36,099 nucleotides of DNA from an uncultured Muribaculaceae bacterium (GTDB taxonomy: Bacteria; Bacillota_I; Bacilli_A; RF39; UBA660), in the NCBI GenBank assembly GCA_964418205.1, contig CAYQKO010000001.1:1-36099 (forward strand). Reading direction: 5' to 3'. The translations under genes were made by a program, and so were the position numbers. Under the pieces are notes generated by a model. That model had not been told where the DNA came from. It searched no databases and saw nothing but the letters and a program-made list of their open reading frames with translations. Below, piece after piece: positions 1-8,167 of the stretch (positions within the stretch are counted from its first letter, which is position 1; each line of letters begins with the position of its first letter).

Positions 1-42
1 AAACAAAACAAAAACCCGATAAACATATAGTTTAAAGGGTTT
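1..42 (-). terminator. Putative rho-independent terminator downstream of rpsI
   Basis: The minus strand reads AAACCC, a 19-nt loop with inner UAAAC/GUUUA pairing, then GGGUUU followed by UUGUUUUGUUU. It starts about a dozen nt after the rpsI stop. Confidence 0.45.
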
Positions 43-54
43 AATAAGAAAATA

Positions 55-471
55 TTAACGTTTTGAAAATTGTGGTGCACGACGAGCTTTCTTAAGACCA
101 TATTTCTTACGTTCTTTAATTCTTGGATCTCTAGTAATCATTCCTGCAGATTTTAAAATCTTGCGATAAGCAGTATCAGCAGTTTGATCCGTATTTGCAT
201 CAAATTTTAATAACGCTCTAGTAATACCCAAACGAATTGCACCAGCTTGACCGGCATATCCACCACCTTTAACAGTAACTGAAATATCAAAACGATTTTC
301 ATTATTTGTTAAGGTTAAAGGTTGCTTCAAATCTAACACTAAGATTTTATCAGGCATATATTCATTCACATCTACACCATTAATTGTAATATTTCCAGTT
401 CCACTAGTTAAAGTAACTTGTGCAACAGCACGTTTTCTTCTACCTGTAGCACTCCAACTTTGTTTTGCCAT
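55..471 (-). CDS. rpsI: 30S ribosomal protein S9
   Basis: The translation has [29 protein letters not shown] and a C-terminal [25 protein letters not shown], all typical of uS9. It sits directly downstream of rplM, as in the conserved rplM-rpsI operon. Confidence 0.96.
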   Translation of the reverse strand: MAKQSWSATGRRKRAVAQVTLTSGTGNITINGVDVNEYMPDKILVLDLKQPLTLTNNENRFDISVTVKGGGYAGQAGAIRLGITRALLKFDANTDQTADTAYRKILKSAGMITRDPRIKERKKYGLKKARRAPQFSKR

Positions 472-483
472 AAACTATCCTCC

Positions 484-915
484 TTAATCTACTTTCATTT
501 CTATAGGTTTTTGAGCCATATGTTTATGATTTTCATCACGATAAACAAATAACTTCTTACCCATTTGTCTACCTAAAGGCCCATGTGGAAGCATACCTTT
601 AACTGCACGTTCCATCATTTCTTCAGGATAATTTTGGATCATTTCCTTAGCATTACGTTCTCTAAGTCCTCCTGGATAACCAGAATGATTATAATACATC
701 TTGTCCTCTAACTTATTCCCAGTTAATTTCACTTTAGATGCATTAATAATAATTACATAATCCCCACAGTCAACACTAGGTGTATAAGTAGGTTTATGCT
801 TTCCTCTTAAGATAGTAGCAGCCTTAGTAGCTACACGTCCTAAAGTTTTTCCATCGGCATCAATAACATACCATTTGCGTTCAACATTTTCTTTTTTTTG
901 TAAAAATGTACTCAT
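484..915 (-). CDS. rplM: 50S ribosomal protein L13
   Basis: [30 protein letters not shown]...D.GD.VIIINA is the uL13 signature. The ORF track extends to 933, but the ATG at 915 (MSTFLQKK) has an AAGGA RBS about 10 nt upstream and gives a typical length of about 143 aa. Confidence 0.93.
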   Translation of the reverse strand: MSTFLQKKENVERKWYVIDADGKTLGRVATKAATILRGKHKPTYTPSVDCGDYVIIINASKVKLTGNKLEDKMYYNHSGYPGGLRERNAKEMIQNYPEEMMERAVKGMLPHGPLGRQMGKKLFVYRDENHKHMAQKPIEMKVD

Positions 916-1003
916 ACTTTCAAATCCTTTCATCTAATCCGAAAAGAAAATTCACTTTCCCAAGGCAAACTTCTCTCAGATAAATAAAAATGTACCGATT
1001 AAA

Positions 1004-1032
1004 ATTATATGCGATTCCATCCATAAAGTCAA
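1004..1032 (-). promoter_or_regulatory. Sigma-A-type promoter for rplM-rpsI
   Basis: The minus strand reads TTGACT, a 17-nt spacer, then TATAAT. The -35 is at 1032..1027 and the -10 at 1009..1004. This leaves a 5' leader of about 80 nt before rplM. Confidence 0.5.
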
Positions 1033-1143
1033 ACAAAATCGAACGAAAAACAGTGGGTAAATGTACAAATTCTAACCAGTTATTTCGAAAAATAAATTTC
1101 CAACCGGCTTATTTGTAAAGTTAATTCCTTCATAATACTACTC

Positions 1144-2796
1144 CTAAAATTTCATTTTTCTATAACTATCCTTTTCTATATTAAGATCATAAAAATGTTC
1201 AACAGTTTTTCTATCATAATATGCTAGTTCACCACGAGGTAAAATTAAAGTTCTTTCTATACCTAAAAAATCTACAAATTCAGGATTATGCGATACCACT
1301 AGCATTGGTCCTTCAAATGTTTTAAAAGTTTCTGCAATAATCATTTGAGTTTCAGGATCTAAGTGGTTAGTAGGTTCATCCAAAATAAGCAAGTTTGCAC
1401 CCTTTAATGATAGTTTAGCTAACGCAACTCTACTTTTTTCACCCGGAGATAAAACTCCAACCTTTTTAAATACATCATCCCCATAAAACAAAAATCTTCC
1501 TAATACACTTCTAACTTGTCGTTGAGACATACATAAGTCTGAAAAATTATCTAAAACCGATTTGTTATTATCTAATAATTCATGTTCTTGAGCATAATAA
1601 CCAACATCTGTTTTATTACCAATTTGAATAATCCCATTATCAGGAATAAGCTCTCCAACAATTAATTTTAATAAAGTAGATTTTCCAACACCATTTTCAC
1701 CGACAATTAAAAACTTTTCACCACGTCTAATCTCAAAGGATAAATCTTTAATTAAACTTTTATCAGAAGCTTTATTATATTTAAATGATAAATCTGTTAC
1801 TCTAAGTGGAAAAGTGGAACTTTCCCTAGTCATTTCCATTTGCACTTGTACTGACTTTTGAGTAGGAGCTACCTCAATTTTATTTTCTAAAATTTTTGCT
1901 AGTTTTTTCTCACGATCTTGTGCCATTTTTTTACGTTTACCTGATACTGATTGATATTTGTTCACAATATCTTGTAATCTTTTTATCTCTTTTTCTTGTT
2001 GTTCAGCTTCTTTTAACAATGATTTTTCTCTTTCATCATGTAATTTTATAAAGTTATCATAATTACCATCATATAACTCCATTTTCTTTGTCCTTTTATC
2101 TAAAAACAATATTTTTGTTGAGATTTCATTTAAAAAATCAACGTCATGAGAAATAACATAAACACTGCCTTTATAATTCTTTAAAAAATTTATCACAAAA
2201 GATTTTGTTTCATTATCCAAATGATTAGTAGGTTCGTCTAATAAAATAATCTCAGGTTTTGAATATAGTAATTTAGCAAATGCAACTTTTGATTTTTGTC
2301 CACCGGATAATTCATTTAATTTCTGATTTAACATACTATCAGGAATAGCCATACCATGAATAATTTTCAATAAATCGGAATCGGAACTATAATAATCCCA
2401 ATAGTCTAATTGGTTTTGTAATTTTTCTGCTTTTTTAAAAAGACTACTTTGTTTTGTTTCATTTATTTCAAGGGCAATCTTTTCATAAACCTGTTGTAAT
2501 TCATAATTCAATTTTTCTATTGGCCTACCTGATAATAAGAAGTCAAAAACGGTAATACTCATAGAAGGAACTTCATCACGAATAACTTGGGGTAACCACC
2601 CTTTACGAGCATTATCTTTAAATTTAATACTTCCGCTATCTGGCACTAAAATTCCTAAAATAACTTTTAAAAAAGTTGTTTTACCAGCTCCATTAACACC
2701 AACTATTCCTACTTTTTCCTTATCACCAACAACTAAATTTATATCGTCAAATACATCCTGTGTTCCAAAGGATACAGTTAAATTCTTTATTTGCAT
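1144..2796 (-). CDS. ABC-F family ATPase (two ABC cassettes, no TM domain; ribosome-associated translation-factor type)
   Basis: There are two Walker A motifs (GVNGAGKTT, GENGVGKST), two signatures (LSGGQKSK, LSPGEKSR) and two Walker B motifs (ILLDEPTNHLD, LILDEPTNHLD). A charged coiled linker (EREKSLLKEAEQQEKEIKRL...) separates the cassettes. The start is set at MQIKNLTV (2796), which has an AGAGGTGA RBS. The 18 upstream in-frame codons lack an RBS. Confidence 0.9.
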   Translation of the reverse strand: MQIKNLTVSFGTQDVFDDINLVVGDKEKVGIVGVNGAGKTTFLKVILGILVPDSGSIKFKDNARKGWLPQVIRDEVPSMSITVFDFLLSGRPIEKLNYELQQVYEKIALEINETKQSSLFKKAEKLQNQLDYWDYYSSDSDLLKIIHGMAIPDSMLNQKLNELSGGQKSKVAFAKLLYSKPEIILLDEPTNHLDNETKSFVINFLKNYKGSVYVISHDVDFLNEISTKILFLDKRTKKMELYDGNYDNFIKLHDEREKSLLKEAEQQEKEIKRLQDIVNKYQSVSGKRKKMAQDREKKLAKILENKIEVAPTQKSVQVQMEMTRESSTFPLRVTDLSFKYNKASDKSLIKDLSFEIRRGEKFLIVGENGVGKSTLLKLIVGELIPDNGIIQIGNKTDVGYYAQEHELLDNNKSVLDNFSDLCMSQRQVRSVLGRFLFYGDDVFKKVGVLSPGEKSRVALAKLSLKGANLLILDEPTNHLDPETQMIIAETFKTFEGPMLVVSHNPEFVDFLGIERTLILPRGELAYYDRKTVEHFYDLNIEKDSYRKMKF

Positions 2797-2891
2797 AAAC
2801 TCACCTCTTATCGTGCAAAATGCAACTTTTAAATTATTATACACAAACATTAATTAGTGTAAAATTAATTTCTGCTTTTTTGCAAATAACA

Positions 2892-2943
2892 ATTCTAAAA
2901 TTAGAATAGCATGATTATATATTAATTTAACCTATAATTGCAA
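2892..2943 (-). promoter_or_regulatory. Candidate promoter of the ABC-F gene plus a 7-2-7 inverted repeat at the predicted transcript start
   Basis: The minus strand reads TTGCAA (2943..2938), an 18-nt spacer, then TATAAT (2919..2914). The inverted repeat ATTCTAA-nn-TTAGAAT (2892..2907) lies immediately downstream. Confidence 0.4.
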
Positions 2944-3023
2944 GCAAGTTATTTTTCAATTACAAATAATAAAGAATGAGGAAAAATCAGGAGTTTCAAA
3001 CAAAATATTTTACAAAAGAAAAA

Positions 3024-3743
3024 TCAATATTGAATTTCAGCCAAATACAATCCTTGAGCAGGCAACACCGAAAATCTATGATTATCACGACAACACAAAG
3101 AATCTAAAACGGCTTGAATAGAAGTTCTACCACATCCCACATCCAAAACAGCTCCAACGATACTTCTAACCATATAACGATAAAAACCTGGACCAACAAT
3201 TTCAAAAATATAAAAATCGCCTTCCTGAAATACATCAAAAGAAAGAATTTCAGAAATATAGCTTTCTCTTTCCCCACTCACAAAATTTCGAAAATCATGA
3301 CTACCCAAAAAAAGCTTACAGCATTCTCTCATAGACTCCAGTGACAACGGAGCATAACATGCACAACTATAATCAGCATAAAAGCAATTTTTCTCACCAA
3401 CATATATCTTATATATATATTTTTTCAATTTTACACTATATCTTGCATGAAAGGACTTATCCACAATTTCTACAGAATTTATAACCACATAATCACATAA
3501 CAAACGATTCATAGCATACTTAAGTTTATCTAAAGAAATGTTTAAATCCAAATCAAAATGTACACATTGATCCAGAGCATGAACTTTGGCATCCGTTCTT
3601 CCAGCTCCTTTCACACTCACAAAAGAACCATTTAAAATAGAAAGCACCCTTTCAAGTTCATTTTGCACACCCCTACTATTATTCAATCTTTGAAACCCTT
3701 GAAACTTACTACCATCATAACTTATTCTTACTAAATATCTCAT
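3024..3743 (-). CDS. truA: tRNA pseudouridine(38-40) synthase TruA
   Basis: The motifs YDGSKFQGFQRL and GAGRTDAKVHA (catalytic Asp) and the C-terminal PAQGLYL are typical of TruA. The position upstream of rplM-rpsI is the conserved Bacillota synteny. Confidence 0.93.
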   Translation of the reverse strand: MRYLVRISYDGSKFQGFQRLNNSRGVQNELERVLSILNGSFVSVKGAGRTDAKVHALDQCVHFDLDLNISLDKLKYAMNRLLCDYVVINSVEIVDKSFHARYSVKLKKYIYKIYVGEKNCFYADYSCACYAPLSLESMRECCKLFLGSHDFRNFVSGERESYISEILSFDVFQEGDFYIFEIVGPGFYRYMVRSIVGAVLDVGCGRTSIQAVLDSLCCRDNHRFSVLPAQGLYLAEIQY

Positions 3744-4384
3744 GACACACCTCGATAAATGGCCTTTAAAGTCTCATCAAAAGTAATCTCATGATCTACC
3801 TTATGACCACAACTTTCAAAATACTTAATTAACTCTACCGTAAAAGGCATAGAAACATACTTATAAATTTCATCATCATAAAAATCAGTTATCAACTTAT
3901 ATTTTCCTTTCACAGTAAACAAATAAAACTGTTTAACCGTTTCACAAACAAAATTCATATCATTTTCAATCAAAATAAACGATTTCCCCTGTTTATACAT
4001 AAGATTTCGAAAAAAACGTTTAAAATATTCTTTTTCAGAATAAATCAATTCTTCAAAAAAATATTCACAAACAATAACCTCAGACTGCAGCAATAAAACC
4101 TTAGCTAAAAGAACCTTCTTCACTTCCAATTTTGTCAAACAATCCATAGAAACAGTAAATAAACTAGCCTTAAGTTTTACCAATTGTAAAGCCATACATA
4201 TTTTTTCATCCAAACAATCTGTCTCACGCTTAAGATAATCATAAACACAAATTTTCTCTTTCATTTTACATTCCAAAACATAACCCGAATGAACATCACT
4301 TGTAACTCCCCTAATCTTAGATGGAAAATTAACCAAAATAGAAAAATGATTCGGATTTAAAAATTGACTCATTTTGATTGCCAT
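3740..4384 (-). CDS. Degenerate EcfA2-like ABC ATPase-fold protein (no Walker A; eroded signature, Walker B and H-loop)
   Basis: The segment CLTKLEVKKVLLAKVLLLQSEVIVCEYFFEEL...SFILIENDMNFV aligns by eye to LSGGQ..RVAIA..L....ILILDEPT..LD....TVI.VTHDM. The C-terminal VSMPFTVELIKYFESCGH resembles the EcfA-specific C-terminal helices. There is a 4-nt ATGA-type overlap with truA and a 16-nt overlap with the upstream ORF. Confidence 0.6.
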   Translation of the reverse strand: MAIKMSQFLNPNHFSILVNFPSKIRGVTSDVHSGYVLECKMKEKICVYDYLKRETDCLDEKICMALQLVKLKASLFTVSMDCLTKLEVKKVLLAKVLLLQSEVIVCEYFFEELIYSEKEYFKRFFRNLMYKQGKSFILIENDMNFVCETVKQFYLFTVKGKYKLITDFYDDEIYKYVSMPFTVELIKYFESCGHKVDHEITFDETLKAIYRGVS

Positions 4385-5040
4385 ATAGCTTCCTCCAACT
4401 CTTCCTTACTACAATATATCGCATCCACTAGTCCATAATATCCCAGTTGTTTAGACAAATTAACATAAAACGGTAAAGAATAACCAAGTAACTTCATTAA
4501 TTTTTCTTCCTTTAAAACCAAAGCAGTTTTTCCTTCAATCGCAACTTGATTATTTTTTAGTACGATTAAATAATCAAACAAAACTGTTTGCTCAATTTGA
4601 TTCGTCACATAAAACAACTTAATATTTTTCTTCCGAAAAAAATTCAATAAAATAGACATATCATTACGAGACAATTTTAATTGTTCACAAAACAAAAAAT
4701 CAGGATTTTCCATAATTTTTATACAAAGACCATACTTCATTCCCGTAGCATCTTTCAAAAAATTCTTTAAAAACTCTTGAGTATCAAAATCTAACTTTTC
4801 GAATGAAAAAAAAGTTTCCCAATTATCTAAATTTTTACTCTCCCCAAAATAAAAAGAAACCTTACCATTCGTCTGATACAAGTCAGAATGAGAAACAATA
4901 TATTTTAATAACATGGATTTCCCCGTACCGCTTTCTCCTAAAAGACAAACATTACAATCCAGCTGAATATCAAAAGAAGATATCATAACCTTATTATCAA
5001 ACATTAAATTACAATTTTTAAATAGAAAATACTTATCCAT
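4369..5040 (-). CDS. Degenerate EcfA1-like ABC ATPase-fold protein (Walker A retained; signature, Walker B Glu and H-loop His lost)
   Basis: Walker A GESGTGKS is at 4915..4938. The Walker B position reads DFLFCEQ and the H-loop position reads YVTNQ. The C-terminal GYSLPFYVNLSKQLGYYGL resembles the EcfA C-terminus. The ORF track starts at a TTG (5085), but the ATG at 5040 (MDKYFLFKNCN) matches the usual ABC N-terminus. Confidence 0.65.
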   Translation of the reverse strand: MDKYFLFKNCNLMFDNKVMISSFDIQLDCNVCLLGESGTGKSMLLKYIVSHSDLYQTNGKVSFYFGESKNLDNWETFFSFEKLDFDTQEFLKNFLKDATGMKYGLCIKIMENPDFLFCEQLKLSRNDMSILLNFFRKKNIKLFYVTNQIEQTVLFDYLIVLKNNQVAIEGKTALVLKEEKLMKLLGYSLPFYVNLSKQLGYYGLVDAIYCSKEELEEAIWQSK

Positions 5041-5085
5041 AAATACCACTAACAATAGTTTAAAGGAAAAAGAGAAAAAAAACAA

Positions 5086-5394
5086 CTAATCACTAGTTGG
5101 AATTTTAATAATATATTCACCTGGTAAAGAATACATGTATTTTTCACGTGCATAACGAGCAACATATTCATCATCATGTAGCTTCGTCACTTCACTAGTT
5201 AAGCTTTCTTCTTCTTCTAAAAGTTCGTCATAATAAACATTTAAAGAAGCAATTTGCTGTTTATTAGAAACAATAGCCATCCAATCCTTAAAAATAGATG
5301 CCACCGAAAAAGAAACAACACCAAAAAACAGAATTGTCAAAACAAAAAATCTTTTTCTAGCTTTAGAAGATTTATGCTTTTTCACACATGCCAC
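5086..5394 (-). CDS. divIC: Septum formation initiator family protein (DivIC/FtsB-like)
   Basis: It has a basic N-terminus, a single TM (FFVLTILFFGVVSFSVASIF), a coiled coil and a C-terminal ARYAREKYMYSLPGEYIIKIP, which is typical of DivIC/FtsB. It follows yabP-yabQ as in B. subtilis. The start is a GTG at 5394, or the in-frame GTG at 5385, which has an AGGTGG RBS. Confidence 0.75.
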   Translation of the reverse strand: MACVKKHKSSKARKRFFVLTILFFGVVSFSVASIFKDWMAIVSNKQQIASLNVYYDELLEEEESLTSEVTKLHDDEYVARYAREKYMYSLPGEYIIKIPTSD

Positions 5395-5417
5395 CTAATC
5401 TTTCACCAAAAATTATA

Positions 5418-5732
5418 TCACTTGTAAATATACTTTGCAATTTTACGAGGCAAAACTTTATTTAAGTTGACATTTTTATGTAAAAAGCCATAAGCAAAAA
5501 AGCCTAAAAAAACAAAAATTAGAAAATAAATATGAATAATTCCATTATTTAAATAATATAAACTCAAAACATACATCAAAACAATATCTATAACAAACAA
5601 CACCGTAGTAATATAACGCATCAATACGGAATAAGTATCCGTTATTTTAAAATGAAAATTTGTTAATATATGAAAGAAAAAACCAAAACAAAAAGAAACA
5701 AAAAAGGACAACAATTGAGTTACTTCATCCAT
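5418..5732 (-). CDS. yabQ: Spore cortex biosynthesis protein YabQ-like small membrane protein
   Basis: A 104-aa protein with three hydrophobic helices. It overlaps the yabP stop by 1 nt and precedes divIC, which is the conserved yabP-yabQ-divIC order. Confidence 0.7.
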   Translation of the reverse strand: MDEVTQLLSFFVSFCFGFFFHILTNFHFKITDTYSVLMRYITTVLFVIDIVLMYVLSLYYLNNGIIHIYFLIFVFLGFFAYGFLHKNVNLNKVLPRKIAKYIYK

Positions 5733-6025
5733 TATTTAAATAACTTAGCCATAAAGCTTTCTTCCTTGGCTTTTCCTCCATTTTTTTCTAAATACTGATA
5801 ACTATTGATTTTTCCTTTAATACGAACATTTCCATCATGAGTATCCAACTTTAATATTTCAAGTCCACTGCCCTTCAAAAGCAATACACCCATCGTTGTT
5901 TCAAGTAAAAATTCCTCATGATCAAAACTAGTAATTTTCTTTACTCCACTCAAATAAATTTCCCTTCGATCAATAATTTTAACTTCATGATTACTATGTA
6001 CTAATTCAATATTTTCTTGTTCCAT
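5732..6025 (-). CDS. yabP: Sporulation protein YabP
   Basis: IDRREIYLSGVKKITSFDHEEFLLETTMGVLLLKGSGLEILKLD....V.I.G.I matches the YabP/YqfC-family core. The synteny with yabQ also supports the call. Confidence 0.88.
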   Translation of the reverse strand: MEQENIELVHSNHEVKIIDRREIYLSGVKKITSFDHEEFLLETTMGVLLLKGSGLEILKLDTHDGNVRIKGKINSYQYLEKNGGKAKEESFMAKLFK

Positions 6026-6069
6026 ATAGATTCACCCAATAAAATATATGAATGATTCAAAGATTATAT

Positions 6070-7407
6070 TCAAAAATTATCCACATTTCCATAATTTTTA
6101 ACAATACAAAAAACAGCATATAAAGGAACAGATTTCATATTATTTTGAAATCCAAAATTTTTAGCAGAAATTCGAATCATAAAACTAGGATGAAATTTAT
6201 TACGATACACTTCCAGCGATTTTGATCTAGTATCCGTCCCTGCTTTTACCTCTATTGGAATTATGCAATTACCATTTTGAATAACAAAATCAACTTCAGC
6301 ATTACCACTATGATCATTTTTGTTGCTCCAATAATTCAAAGAAAAGCCGTTTTTTATAAGTTCACACGCTACATAATTTTCAACCAAAACACCTTTAAAA
6401 GGAAAATCATTATTCATCAAAATATCAATTTTATCAATATCAACCATTGAAACTAATATGCCTGTATCATTTAAAAACAATTTAAAATTATTATCATTAC
6501 GAAATGCCAATAAAGGATATATCGGATTACTTACAGCATAACAAGGCAAAACGAAATTACTTGCAATAAGCCAGTCAAGAGCTGTAACATAATTTCTTTT
6601 CCGATTATCTTTATTATCTATTTGTGCAAAAACAAATTTTTGATTTTCTTTAGCAAGTTGACTTGGAACATTTTGATAAACTCTTTCTATTCTAAGACTT
6701 TCCTTACTATTTGTATTATATTTGTTCATATCTTCAATATAAGAACGCATAATATTCTTAATGAATTTATTATTCACATTAGATAACTTTTGATTACAAT
6801 CTAAATAATTTTGAATAATCTTAGGCATGCCACCCAAAAAAAGAAAGTGTTTGAAGTCCTCCATTAATTCTTCATGAAACAAGCATTCAGAATTATTATC
6901 AAAAGAATATTTAATAGAATCAATGTATCTTTGCTTACCTATTGCTATCAAAAACTCCTCAAAATCCATAGGATATAAATATTCTTCATAAACTTTTCCA
7001 ACAGGATAGGAATGTTCAAATCTTTTTAATTTAATACCTAATAAAGACCCAGCACAAATGATATTTGTATAACCTTGCTCACAGAATGTTTTTAAACTTT
7101 CAATAAACTCTTCGCTTTCTTGGACTTCATCTACAAATAGTATAGTATTCTCGTCATCTAAATTAATATTGTATGTCATCTTTAAAACTTCAAGTTTTTT
7201 TTCAAATGTATCTAAATTTTTAAACCAGTCAATCAGTCTCTTATCAGAAAATAAATTTATATAGCAATAATTTACATAATTGTCTCTACAATATTTATCA
7301 ATAATATACGTTTTGCCAACTTGTCTTGCTCCAATAACAATTAGAGGCATTTTATTTTGATCACTTTTATCCCATTTTTCAATTGTATTCCAAAATTTTC
7401 TATACAT
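6070..7407 (-). CDS. AAA ATPase with C-terminal DUF4143-type domain
   Basis: The N-terminal P-loop is IVIGARQVGKTY and Walker B is ILFVDEVQ. The C-terminal part has a restriction-endonuclease-like EVDFVI...IPIEVK motif. This architecture is typical of the AAA_14/DUF4143 family. It is a monocistronic gene wedged between sporulation genes. Confidence 0.85.
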   Translation of the reverse strand: MYRKFWNTIEKWDKSDQNKMPLIVIGARQVGKTYIIDKYCRDNYVNYCYINLFSDKRLIDWFKNLDTFEKKLEVLKMTYNINLDDENTILFVDEVQESEEFIESLKTFCEQGYTNIICAGSLLGIKLKRFEHSYPVGKVYEEYLYPMDFEEFLIAIGKQRYIDSIKYSFDNNSECLFHEELMEDFKHFLFLGGMPKIIQNYLDCNQKLSNVNNKFIKNIMRSYIEDMNKYNTNSKESLRIERVYQNVPSQLAKENQKFVFAQIDNKDNRKRNYVTALDWLIASNFVLPCYAVSNPIYPLLAFRNDNNFKLFLNDTGILVSMVDIDKIDILMNNDFPFKGVLVENYVACELIKNGFSLNYWSNKNDHSGNAEVDFVIQNGNCIIPIEVKAGTDTRSKSLEVYRNKFHPSFMIRISAKNFGFQNNMKSVPLYAVFCIVKNYGNVDNF

Positions 7408-7483
7408 TAAAAATCACCACAACCTAATAATATAAATATTATCTATATTTGTCATCAGTTTTGGCGATTTTGCAACCATAAAT

Positions 7484-7563
7484 ATTTTTAACTTTATTAT
7501 ATTCATCTAAAAATGCACTAGTAAATTCTGTACATCATCAGAATTCATTGAATAAAAAACATC
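7484..7563 (-). pseudogene. Frameshifted relic of a second spoVG 3' end
   Basis: About 80 nt align to the last 26 or so codons of the intact spoVG (7609..7690) at roughly 80 percent identity, with a 1-nt indel. The relic encodes YKDVFYSMNSD, then after the frameshift TEFTSAFLDEYNKV. The intact gene reads YKDVCHPINPDVRTEFTNAILDEYNKA. No start codon or 5' part remains. Confidence 0.6.
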
Positions 7564-7577
7564 CTTATAAAATATAC

Positions 7578-7601
7578 AAAAAAAATCCTAGACAACTAGG
7601 A
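7578..7601 (-). terminator. Weak rho-independent terminator after spoVG
   Basis: The minus strand reads CCTAG-TTGT-CTAGG followed by A and a run of 8 U. It starts 8 nt after the spoVG stop. The stem is only 5 bp. Confidence 0.4.
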
Positions 7602-7608
7602 AATTATT

Positions 7609-7869
7609 TTATTCTTCAGCCTTATTATATTCATCTAAAATTGCATTCGTAAATTCTGTACGTACATCAGGATTAATTGGATGACAAACATCTTTATATT
7701 CTCCAGTAGCCGTTTTTCTACTTGGCATAGCTATAAAGAGCCCATTATCCCCTTCAATAATTCGAATATCATGAATAGCAAATGAATCATCCAATAAAAC
7801 AGATGCAATTCCTCTCAATCTTGAATTTTCTTTCGTAATCTTACGAACACTTACAGATGTAATCTTCAT
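7609..7869 (-). CDS. spoVG: Septation/sporulation regulator SpoVG
   Basis: MKITSVSVRKI....LRGIASVLLDDSFAIHDIRIIEGDNGLFIAMPSRKT..GEYKDVCHPIN matches the SpoVG family almost motif for motif. Confidence 0.96.
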   Translation of the reverse strand: MKITSVSVRKITKENSRLRGIASVLLDDSFAIHDIRIIEGDNGLFIAMPSRKTATGEYKDVCHPINPDVRTEFTNAILDEYNKAEE

Positions 7870-7910
7870 AATATTTTCTCCTCCTAAAGTTATATCTAAC
7901 TTATACCTAT

Positions 7911-7939
7911 ATTTTAAAACATACGTTACTAGAATTCAA
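7911..7939 (-). promoter_or_regulatory. Candidate sigma-A-type promoter for spoVG
   Basis: The minus strand reads TTGAAT (7939..7934), a 17-nt spacer, then TAAAAT (7916..7911). It lies about 40 nt upstream of the spoVG GGAGGAG RBS. Confidence 0.45.
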
Positions 7940-7944
7940 GCATT

Positions 7945-8157
7945 TTACGGCAATTTGACAACAACATCACCAATAATCACATCAGAATAATTAAAACTTT
8001 TCTGATTTCCATCAATCAAAACCGTAAAAACATAAGGGTAAATACCTGAAAGCGTACCATAATACTGATAATTTTTATTACGCATCCCATAAACCTCAAC
8101 AACTACCTGCTTATTCAAATACTTTTTTATCTCATCTCGAACAATATCTAGATTCAT
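7945..8157 (-). CDS. veg: Veg protein (biofilm/sporulation-associated small protein)
   Basis: IKKYLNKQVVVEVYGMRNKNYQYYGTLSGIYPYVFTVLIDGNQKSFNYSDVIIGDV resembles B. subtilis Veg (G.L.E.YPSVF.....SFSYADIL). The start is set at MNLDIV (8157), which has an AAGGAGG RBS. The ORF track extension to 8187 overlaps yabG. Confidence 0.85.
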   Translation of the reverse strand: MNLDIVRDEIKKYLNKQVVVEVYGMRNKNYQYYGTLSGIYPYVFTVLIDGNQKSFNYSDVIIGDVVVKLP

Positions 8158-8167
8158 ATATCCTCCT

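Noticed and set aside
934-1003. A possible ribosomal-protein L13 leader (autoregulatory RNA) in the rplM 5' UTR of about 80 nt.
   Set aside because: I find only weak pairings, such as GAGAAG/CUUUUC. I cannot match it to the known leader structure without a covariance-model search, so the UTR is left unannotated apart from the promoter.
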